A stretch of 42,550 bases of DNA from a virus (Duplodnaviria > Caudoviricetes): positions 1 through 42,550 of the IMG/VR virus record IMGVR_UViG_3300024232_000025. The stretch is one strand, 5' to 3'. The translations under genes were made by a program, and so were the position numbers. Under the pieces are notes generated by a model that had not been told where the DNA came from, did no database searches, and worked only from the letters and a program-made list of their open reading frames with translations. Below, in pieces: positions 35,593 to 42,550 of this stretch (positions are counted from its first letter, which is position 1; each line of letters opens with the position of its first letter).

Positions 35593-36962
35593 GCCGCATC
35601 CCTCCACTGCTCCTGAGGCTTACGTCTCACTACTCGCTCCATGGCCCTAATGATGGGCCGTAGCCTTAATGTGGCGTCCGCGTCACGACAGGCATAGAAC
35701 AGCTTCTCGGCAAAGGGCACGTGGGTGATACACTTCCCAGGCCAAGGACCTTGCACCTTCTGTACCTCCTCGTGATGCATCTCCCAGTTCTTAGTCCACT
35801 GCTCAAAGACATCCTTCTCAGGATTCTTGGCATAATAGGTCCAGAATGTCTTGAGCTTGGTCCTGAAGCCCTGTGGCTTGTAGGTTTTCCAACTGCCGTC
35901 ATCGGCCCTGACAAGTTCCTCGTTTGGCTTACTCCACTCCTCACACATGGCATTGCGGTAGTAGTCCAGGACGAACTCACGGGAATATGGAGTCACGAGA
36001 TCATCGAAGTCCTGCATTTTCATGCCAAGCTCACGCCACGCTAACGCCTTGAGTCCTTGCGGCAAGTTACCCAAGTGGAACACCTTGACCATAGTGTCAA
36101 CAATCCGCTGGTAATTGAACCTAAGCCCCATCTCTTCCACCACTTCACCGTCGAACAGCCAATTGTGGAAGAGGATTTCTCCCTGCCAGATGTCAAGCCA
36201 CTGCTGGAATCTATCCAGGACCACACGGTTTTCCATACGTATAAGCCTGCCAGTACCAGGACGCACAGATAGAGTAAGGCAATCAGGGCCACCTCCACGG
36301 CGAGTCTCAGTATCCACCCCCATGGGACCAAGACTATGGCCAGTAAGATAATCATCAAGTTGCTGAACATTCTCAACCTCCAGATAATCGGGATCAGGAT
36401 ATGGATCAGTTGGGAGCCTTAGCTCTCCCGCGAACATCTTACGTAGCTTGGCCCAGTCAGTGCGGATGTGCAGCATCTTCTTGGGCTCATGGATGCCCCC
36501 CGCTGGATGCCACATGGGGAAGGCAGTACCAAAAGCCGTCTCATAGGGCTGGCCGTGGTGCATGTCCAGGTCAATGTTCTTGTCCAGTGCGAGACAGGCG
36601 AAGGCTCCCATGGGCACCAGCAGCTTGGGCTTGCTGCGTTCTATCAGCGGGTACAGGTGGTGCTCAGCGCAGGAGAACAGCAGATCCTTATGAGGCTGCT
36701 TGTCCATCTTGAGCTTGTGCTTGGGCGTGTCTGGGTAGCATTGGATAGCGTTGACTATCCTCACCTGAGGCCGTCTGATGCCTGCCAGAGGCATGTAATG
36801 GTCATTGACTTCCCGCCCAGTGGGGCCGATGAAGACTTCCCGCTTGTCGTTCTCCTTGGCTCCAGGAGCCTCACCAATGAACAAACCGTAATTATTACAC
36901 TCTGGGCCTGAGCCCTTCACGCAGGCGTACTTACCGGGACACATTGGGCAGCGTTCACTCAT
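35589..36962 (-). CDS. uracil-DNA glycosylase-like domain fused to PolA 3'-5' exonuclease domain
   Basis: FIGEAPGAKE...FIGPTG and MWHPA are family-4 UDG-like. GVDTET, FHNWLFD and YACRDADAT match ExoI-III. Likely start MSERC at 36962. Confidence 0.85.
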   Translation of the reverse strand: MSERCPMCPGKYACVKGSGPECNNYGLFIGEAPGAKENDKREVFIGPTGREVNDHYMPLAGIRRPQVRIVNAIQCYPDTPKHKLKMDKQPHKDLLFSCAEHHLYPLIERSKPKLLVPMGAFACLALDKNIDLDMHHGQPYETAFGTAFPMWHPAGGIHEPKKMLHIRTDWAKLRKMFAGELRLPTDPYPDPDYLEVENVQQLDDYLTGHSLGPMGVDTETRRGGGPDCLTLSVRPGTGRLIRMENRVVLDRFQQWLDIWQGEILFHNWLFDGEVVEEMGLRFNYQRIVDTMVKVFHLGNLPQGLKALAWRELGMKMQDFDDLVTPYSREFVLDYYRNAMCEEWSKPNEELVRADDGSWKTYKPQGFRTKLKTFWTYYAKNPEKDVFEQWTKNWEMHHEEVQKVQGPWPGKCITHVPFAEKLFYACRDADATLRLRPIIRAMERVVRRKPQEQWRDAA

Positions 36963-37134
36963 CGTAGTAGTCCATAGGAGCCCATGCTCCGCAGTGCTTA
37001 CAGGTGGGCCATGAATGCCCGTGATTAGCAAACTGGTGATCCTCGCAGTGATCCTCACACACTGCCCTCTCTGGCGGATAGGGAGCAATATCACATTCCT
37101 TACCGCAGACCCTACAAGTAAAATCCACACTCAC
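36955..37134 (-). CDS. small Cys-rich protein (59 aa, not in ORF track)
   Basis: GTG overlaps the upstream stop. FTCRVCGKEC...CEDHCEDH...CKHCG. Confidence 0.5.
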   Translation of the reverse strand: MSVDFTCRVCGKECDIAPYPPERAVCEDHCEDHQFANHGHSWPTCKHCGAWAPMDYYDE

Positions 37135-37514
37135 AGCCGCACCTCATAGATATAGACTTTCCTATTCATCTCTGTAGCTACTCTGATCATTTGTGCTGTG
37201 CCTCTACTCTTGCCATCCCATACCGCAATTAGTCTGTCAGCATAAGCCGCCATCTCTTTATTGCGGGTAAATCCAGCTGTAGGGCCTAGGCCTTGCCAGT
37301 CCGCACGCATTACCTTGAGCCCTAGGCGGAACTCAACGGCTAGCCTCTCTCCCAGACGATCAACGTTATCCACCCAGACTCCATTGACGTTAGTGCGGGC
37401 AGCATGGCCTGATACTATCTCGGTCACCTTAAGGGCGAAGCCGGATAGGATGAAGGCCGCAACCACTACGCGGTATTCGGTGATGGTTCTACTGCCCGCA
37501 ATGATGCACTTCAT
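37131..37514 (-). CDS. SLOG-superfamily (YspA/DUF2493-like) protein
   Basis: MKCIIAGSR, IVSGHA, ADW...AGFTRNKEM and AVWDGKSRGTAQMI motifs. Confidence 0.82.
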   Translation of the reverse strand: MKCIIAGSRTITEYRVVVAAFILSGFALKVTEIVSGHAARTNVNGVWVDNVDRLGERLAVEFRLGLKVMRADWQGLGPTAGFTRNKEMAAYADRLIAVWDGKSRGTAQMIRVATEMNRKVYIYEVRL

Positions 37515-37515
37515 A

Positions 37516-38079
37516 TCAGAACCACCGAGATCGGGCGAATCCGCAAATATCCGTAATCTCTTCAGCCGTGGCTGGTCTAGGCTCTGCACTGACCCAGGAT
37601 TGTCCGAGAGGCCAGAACACACTAGCATGATCAGGGTCTGATTTGACAGTGCGCTTGACTAGCGTGACTGTGCCACTTTCCGGTATAGACCTGTGAATCT
37701 CGTGGGCTTCCTGATGGTATGATTCACCCTCCGATAAGGACTCAGAGCCGGAGCAGACTAGATATTCACGCTTTGGAACTCCGCACAGCCCTCCACCCTC
37801 GCCACATTTGATGATTTGCTCCATGTGGCTGTTGCTATTATCGTTCCGCCGCTCATACCGCAGATTTATCATGCGGCCAGCAACCACGGTAGAGTCAAAG
37901 TTCCAGGGGTGCGTGTGGATATCGGACACATTGGGCACAGAATACCTACTGTCCCAGATGTGCAGTCTATGGCTGTGTCCTATGTAGGTCCTCAGCATCC
38001 CAAAGCCTTGCAGTGTCCAGGTGAATGCCAGTGCATTCTCCAGGATGTACCGCACAAATGTCTTTGTATCTACTTCCAT
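37516..38079 (-). CDS. cupin-fold (cysteine-dioxygenase-like) protein
   Basis: RLHIWD...IHTHPWNFDSTVVAG...GESY...EIH motif. Likely start MEVDT at 38079. Confidence 0.6.
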   Translation of the reverse strand: MEVDTKTFVRYILENALAFTWTLQGFGMLRTYIGHSHRLHIWDSRYSVPNVSDIHTHPWNFDSTVVAGRMINLRYERRNDNSNSHMEQIIKCGEGGGLCGVPKREYLVCSGSESLSEGESYHQEAHEIHRSIPESGTVTLVKRTVKSDPDHASVFWPLGQSWVSAEPRPATAEEITDICGFARSRWF

Positions 38080-38840
38080 CCTCGTATCTCCCTTACAACT
38101 TTCTTGGCTGTGGCTGGCCCAACGCCTGGGAGAGTGAGCCAGTCTTCCTCTGTTGAATTGGCCAGAGAGAACCCAGTCTTGAACAGCTTCTCCGCTTCCT
38201 GACTGTGCACCACACCGATGCCAGTTAAGTCTGTGGCCCACTTGCGCACCAGCGTGGCCTTGCCCGCAAGCGTAGGGATTGCGAACTTCTGCAACTCCAA
38301 CAGGCTTGTATGCTGGTGCCACGGCTTCTGGAAATACTGGTACATCTCACAGATGTTGTAGGCCGTGCCGAATAGATCGTTGGAATACGTAATAATTACA
38401 CCTGAGATCGCAATACTCATCAGGTAGCGGTACAGCTTGGAATAGAGCACCTTACGATTCCCAGCAAGCTTGAGCGGTCCCCAAGACTGCCCACTGCGGT
38501 ATCCCTGCATGAGGGTGCCATCGTAGCCGTTGCCATTCCCAGGAGCCCACATCCCCTCCAGGCAGATGTAGGCGCAACCCCTGGAATACATGCCGAGCAT
38601 CCCCGTGCGCTGGTGATCAGAGAAGCGGGCATCGTCAATGCAGTTAAGCATGTCATTGAGAGTCTTGCGCTCAATGCCAATGGCTACAGGGCCGTCCTTG
38701 CCCTTCCCCTCAAAGCAGACATCCCCATAGATGAGATCAGCAGTCTCACAGGGGATGCCCAGCTTGCGGATGATAGGCTGTAGTAGCTCATTGCCTTTGC
38801 CGTCACTGCCACTGCCCCGCTTGTAGTCGATATAGATCAC
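38070..38840 (-). CDS. ERCC4/XPF-family nuclease with C-terminal HhH
   Basis: GDVCF...IERKTLND motif and LPGVGPATAKK HhH. Confidence 0.82.
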   Translation of the reverse strand: MIYIDYKRGSGSDGKGNELLQPIIRKLGIPCETADLIYGDVCFEGKGKDGPVAIGIERKTLNDMLNCIDDARFSDHQRTGMLGMYSRGCAYICLEGMWAPGNGNGYDGTLMQGYRSGQSWGPLKLAGNRKVLYSKLYRYLMSIAISGVIITYSNDLFGTAYNICEMYQYFQKPWHQHTSLLELQKFAIPTLAGKATLVRKWATDLTGIGVVHSQEAEKLFKTGFSLANSTEEDWLTLPGVGPATAKKVVREIRGWK

Positions 38841-39124
38841 TCAGAGATCTCCTCAAGTCTGTAGTGGCTTGTACCTCTGGCCTTGAAAACAATCCTGCCA
38901 TATGCGTCGAAGTAAGCCCTAGAACCTTTCTTCACCTCTCTACCAACCTCAATAGCCCTGTATTTGCGACACACCTCAGGATTGATGATAGGGGGTACAG
39001 AGCGATCTACAAAGCTGTGGCTCTCTGGCATCGTGGCGTGATCCTTGACGGTGGTGTACACCCGCTCCCCATTAGGCCGAACTACACACACAGTGCGAAT
39101 ACACTTCTCCGGATATTTACTCAA
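38837..39124 (-). CDS. hypothetical protein
   Basis: In-operon ORF. Probable TTG start at 39124 (uncertain). Confidence 0.5.
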   Translation of the reverse strand: MSKYPEKCIRTVCVVRPNGERVYTTVKDHATMPESHSFVDRSVPPIINPEVCRKYRAIEVGREVKKGSRAYFDAYGRIVFKARGTSHYRLEEISE

Positions 39125-39575
39125 GTTCCCACACCTCCACGTTATCCGGCAGTGGTTGAAGCAGGGGCAGCACGTCCTTGCGGCGTAGGCGACCATTGCC
39201 GATGCCCGGGAAGTTGACAGCAAATCTGGTGAGAGGGCTGTGCGTGGCCCATATCGATAACTGATGCACGCTATTGATTATGAGATCAGGAGAAGCCTCA
39301 TCACGGAAATGGTGCTTGACCTGGAAGATTCCAAGTACAGGCTTACATGGAACCTCAGCCGCGACGAGAATGCCATAAGGTTGATTGGGGTATCTCACAG
39401 CCCAGCCTGTAACCAGCTTCCCAAATGTCTTGTGGGTCCAGGGGTATAGCTGAGTCATTTGGTAGGCAGCACCACGGCCCATGACCAAGCAGCCATCGCC
39501 CCGCACAAAGGCATTGGTGGTCACGAACAGTACGTCCACCTTAGCCTTGAACATATCGCCTGTCTTGAGTATCAT
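39117..39575 (-). CDS. macro domain (ADP-ribose binding/hydrolase) protein
   Basis: KTGDMF...TTN...MGRGAA...FQVKHHF...PGIGNGRL motifs. Confidence 0.82.
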   Translation of the reverse strand: MILKTGDMFKAKVDVLFVTTNAFVRGDGCLVMGRGAAYQMTQLYPWTHKTFGKLVTGWAVRYPNQPYGILVAAEVPCKPVLGIFQVKHHFRDEASPDLIINSVHQLSIWATHSPLTRFAVNFPGIGNGRLRRKDVLPLLQPLPDNVEVWELE

Positions 39576-40252
39576 AAACTCCCCTTTGATAAAAGTCTGT
39601 GACCTGTAAATCCAGCAGCCTTGCGATAGCGGTACAGGGCTTCATCTTTCTCCCAGTAGGCTGTGTACAACTCGTCCGCAAAGTCGGGCTTGGCAATGCC
39701 GTACCGACTCCAGTGCTTGTGCTCCTGCTTGATGTCAGGACGCTGCCAGAAGCACTCCAGCGCAGTGGCCACATCCTGCAACTCAGTGTCGGCGTAGAAG
39801 TGATGGTATTCCGCACAGAATGGCCCATGCCCCTCATAGGCTCTTTGGGCGAACTCCAGCCCCACCCAAGGGGAGGCCGCAGCGGTGTCTATATAGCCGT
39901 CGCCGTACCTATCACCTGTGGGCTGCATCACGCCGAGAGTGCCACCGAAGTGACTCTCAGTTGTAACGCGCACCTCTTCAGCACTCCAGCAAGGATCAGG
40001 CCAGTAATCATCCCCACCGAAGATGAACCAAGAGGCGCGGACATCTATCTGCCTCACTGTTTGCAATAGACGATTGTTACTGATCCCCCAGCCTGCATAG
40101 AACGTAGCTGGATACTCCACCACTTTGGGTATCCACAGCTTGGGACCTTGACGGAGAACCATCACCTCACAGCCGAACTCAAGCCACGCCTTGAGACAGG
40201 CCGAGGCTTCCTCTACAGGTCTTGCGGATGGACATAGATACCAGATACTCAT
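39572..40252 (-). CDS. GT-A (family 2-like) glycosyltransferase
   Basis: CPSARP, FIFGGDDYWPD, YHHFYADTEL and EHKHW motifs. Confidence 0.7.
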   Translation of the reverse strand: MSIWYLCPSARPVEEASACLKAWLEFGCEVMVLRQGPKLWIPKVVEYPATFYAGWGISNNRLLQTVRQIDVRASWFIFGGDDYWPDPCWSAEEVRVTTESHFGGTLGVMQPTGDRYGDGYIDTAAASPWVGLEFAQRAYEGHGPFCAEYHHFYADTELQDVATALECFWQRPDIKQEHKHWSRYGIAKPDFADELYTAYWEKDEALYRYRKAAGFTGHRLLSKGSL

Positions 40253-40458
40253 AACTGCTCCGCGTAGTTTCTCATGGACTGCTCTGCTTCCTCTTTGGTG
40301 CAGAAGCCGCCGAACTCATCCACCTGAATCTCGTCTGTAAACCACCACAGCCCCCCTGTGTGCTGGTGCACACCCAGAGCATTACCAGCCACACAGTCAC
40401 ATCTGTGGTCCGGATCTTCCGAGCCCCAGTGCAGCTTCATCTTGAATTTGAAGGACAT
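40249..40458 (-). CDS. hypothetical protein
   Basis: AGGAG RBS, ATG at 40458. Confidence 0.6.
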   Translation of the reverse strand: MSFKFKMKLHWGSEDPDHRCDCVAGNALGVHQHTGGLWWFTDEIQVDEFGGFCTKEEAEQSMRNYAEQL

Positions 40459-40481
40459 GTGATCTCCTAAAACCGTAATAA

Positions 40482-41366
40482 TTACGCTTTGAAGCCCCAC
40501 CGCTGTGGCGGCACACCGGGAAAGATGTTGTCCACCAGACCCCTGAAGTTGCAGTCACTCCCCCAAAGCTCCAGCCCCACCAAGCTCATATCATGCTTGC
40601 ACTTGAGAATCTCGATGCCCCACTCCATGGGGAAGCTCACCATCTTGCCGCCCACCTTCTCCACTCGGGCGGGCTTGAACTTGTGACGTAGCTGCAAGTC
40701 GAACAGGTAGCCCTGATCCTTGAAGCCCTGCCGCTCCTTGCGCCCTGTCTTAGTCCTGAGATCATTGCCCATCTCATCCTTGGCCTTGGTGCCATCGGGC
40801 TTGAGTACGTCCTCGTACTCGTCCTTGACCTTGTTAGAGAAGAACACGATCTTGCCAGAGTCCCAGGCGCGGCAGATCTGTGCCCGCTTCTCAGCGTACG
40901 GCGCAGCGTAGCGAGTCTGCGGGTAGATCTGTGTTGTCTTGCCGAAGTGGGCAAGGATGTGAATCTCCCAGAAGTCAGAGTCACCATCCATGAAGACCAC
41001 GGTGGAGTCAGGACTGGCCAAGCAATCATAGAAGCTATCCCGTATGCTGGCGTAGTACTTGCCGTATTCTGTGGTGTTGGCAGTGCCCTGCATAGGCACA
41101 TGGAACACCTTAACGCCCACTCTCAGGTTGCGGGCCTTGGGCGCGTTAGGATTGTCAAACACTCCCTGGAAGTTGCGGTCAACTGAGAGCATGTGAATCG
41201 TGCCTGGAGTGGACAAGGCGAACTCAGTCTTACCGGAGTCCGTCTCACCCTCCTGCCCTATGAGTAGGGGCTTAAGAAGATAGCCGCCGGGAAGCATAAT
41301 CTTGCCCCGTGTCTTTGAGGGCGACACAAAGCCCGCTCGTTCGAATGATGCTGGTAGTGATCCCAT
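40482..41366 (-). CDS. P-loop NTPase (AAA_24/Sak4-like)
   Basis: Walker A GETDSGKT and Walker B VVFMD. Located near an exonuclease. Confidence 0.7.
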   Translation of the reverse strand: MGSLPASFERAGFVSPSKTRGKIMLPGGYLLKPLLIGQEGETDSGKTEFALSTPGTIHMLSVDRNFQGVFDNPNAPKARNLRVGVKVFHVPMQGTANTTEYGKYYASIRDSFYDCLASPDSTVVFMDGDSDFWEIHILAHFGKTTQIYPQTRYAAPYAEKRAQICRAWDSGKIVFFSNKVKDEYEDVLKPDGTKAKDEMGNDLRTKTGRKERQGFKDQGYLFDLQLRHKFKPARVEKVGGKMVSFPMEWGIEILKCKHDMSLVGLELWGSDCNFRGLVDNIFPGVPPQRWGFKA

Positions 41367-41372
41367 AGCTCC

Positions 41373-41825
41373 TCAGAAATTGGTGAATATACTGTCGTCC
41401 ACTTCGGGCAACTTGGTTACTGTCATTGCGTGCTTCTTGCGCCACTGCTTAACCCTGACTGCCTCTAGCTTTGTCTCGAATAGCGCGGTGCTGGCAGTGG
41501 CCCCAGCATTAAGGCGCAGCACACTGAGCACCTCGCGTACAGGATCAGAGCCTAGAATTGCTTGCAGGGCTATGCGCTGTAGTGGTCCAAGAGCCACATC
41601 CAGCTTGATGTACTCATGCTGGTTCCCATTCTTGCTTCGAGTAGTGAGAGTGGCTTGCACTCCCCACCCGTTCTGCTCCAGCACTTCTAGCACACGCCCA
41701 CGCTGGGTGCTTTCCTTATCCAGGTCCAGGAATAACTCCTGAGATTCCGGCAAGAAGCACACCAGCCCCATTGAGGCTGCAATGGCCTCAACCTCTTCCG
41801 CGTTACGTTGAATCACCTCACTCAT
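41373..41825 (-). CDS. hypothetical protein
   Basis: LFLDLD...SKNGNQH...RIALQAILGSDPVRE. In-operon position. Confidence 0.65.
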   Translation of the reverse strand: MSEVIQRNAEEVEAIAASMGLVCFLPESQELFLDLDKESTQRGRVLEVLEQNGWGVQATLTTRSKNGNQHEYIKLDVALGPLQRIALQAILGSDPVREVLSVLRLNAGATASTALFETKLEAVRVKQWRKKHAMTVTKLPEVDDSIFTNF

Positions 41826-42498
41826 AAATCTGCCTCACTCTATGCTCCTCCTCCAGAGCCAGCATGTATTCAAAGTCTCGCTTGTAGTCCGCAAGCAGAG
41901 TCCAGTTCTCATCAAGTTCCTCCTGGGTGAACTCTATTTCCCATACAACACGCTGGGGCTTGATAGGGAACTTGTAATCACCGCAGAGGAACCAACAGTG
42001 CATCACGGCAAACCGTGTGCCAATAGCAATGCAGTACGCCTTAAGCTGGGCCAGCCACATCCATTGGGAGGATAGATCCCCCACAGTCTTGGTGCTCTTG
42101 TAGGTGGCCTTAACCTCGTGCACTCTCCTGCGCAGCTTTCTGCTGAGGTTATACTCAGAAAGCGTAATAATTACGGATTCATCCTCCCCGTCATGCGTCA
42201 TGTACACGCCATCGTAGTACTTCTCTCCTGGGTGATCCACCACGCCGTAGTGGAGTAATATCTCTGGGATGTAGTACTGCTCAATGGCGAGTCCGATACT
42301 GATACGGAGAATAGCGGTAGGGTCTGTAATGGTGCGGACATCCACAAGGGATAGCTCCTCTGCCCATTCAGGCTTAAGGATGCCCGCCTCAGTTGCGATA
42401 CAACGGATGATGCTGGACACGTGCGTGCCCTCTGACCGAGGAGTCTTTGACGGCGGAAGGAATAGCGGATAGCTATCTGTGTTTACGGTGACTATCAT
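41818..42498 (-). CDS. PD-(D/E)XK exonuclease-like protein
   Basis: HVSSI, THDG, HEVKAT and QLKAYC motifs. Confidence 0.72.
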   Translation of the reverse strand: MIVTVNTDSYPLFLPPSKTPRSEGTHVSSIIRCIATEAGILKPEWAEELSLVDVRTITDPTAILRISIGLAIEQYYIPEILLHYGVVDHPGEKYYDGVYMTHDGEDESVIITLSEYNLSRKLRRRVHEVKATYKSTKTVGDLSSQWMWLAQLKAYCIAIGTRFAVMHCWFLCGDYKFPIKPQRVVWEIEFTQEELDENWTLLADYKRDFEYMLALEEEHRVRQIYE

Positions 42499-42550
42499 AA
42501 TATCCCGATACCCTGTGCTCGTCTCGTGCCGCCAACTCCCTTAACTCCTC

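Larger units (their letters stand above)
308..42177. repeat. dispersed palindromic repeat GTAATWATTAC (17-bp consensus ASYGTAATWATTACRST), 32 copies
   Basis: 11-bp cores start at 311, 4316, 6495, 8342, 10334, 12187, 13585, 14085, 15987, 17159, 17425, 18146, 18303, 19298, 20178, 21190, 22656, 24080, 24319, 24972, 26719, 27863, 29580, 29776, 31518, 32330, 32938, 35360, 36888, 38389, 40475 and 42164 (found by eye). Confidence 0.97.

Noticed and set aside
308-42177. Palindromic repeats as a CRISPR array or REP/IS ends
   Set aside because: Copies are about 150 to 4000 bp apart, have no spacer structure, and there is no cas or transposase gene.
41818-42498. Cas4/CRISPR association of the PD-(D/E)XK nuclease
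   Set aside because: No Fe-S cysteine cluster pattern or cas context. It fits a phage recombination exonuclease near a Sak4-like NTPase.

Overview
This window is most of a tailed dsDNA (siphovirus-like) bacteriophage genome. The host may be Acidobacteriota/Bryobacterales, inferred weakly from two proteins. Positions 1-16364 carry a minus-strand virion operon: terminases, portal, protease/scaffold, capsid, neck, a glycosyltransferase, tail tube, frameshifted chaperones and tape measure. Positions 16386-19700 form a divergent control region with a LuxR-type HTH gene, a consensus sigma70 promoter, a DnaA-box cluster and about 1 kb of hairpin-rich non-coding DNA. Positions 19600-26700 form a plus-strand early operon that starts with a phage-encoded minimal RNase III and ends with a ParB-domain protein. 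Positions 26800-42550 carry minus-strand exported proteins and DNA-metabolism genes, including a split PolA, ERCC4 nuclease, macro domain, SLOG, glycosyltransferase, methyltransferase, AAA NTPase and PD-(D/E)XK nuclease. Two unexplained systems stand out. First, 32 copies of the palindrome GTAAT(A/T)ATTAC (17-bp consensus ASYGTAATWATTACRST) are spread across the window, often 1.5-2.4 kb apart and even inside essential genes. Second, a family of RBS-occluding RNA hairpins lies between nearly all early genes downstream of the phage's own RNase III. All product calls come from motif recognition and synteny by eye; no database searches were run.
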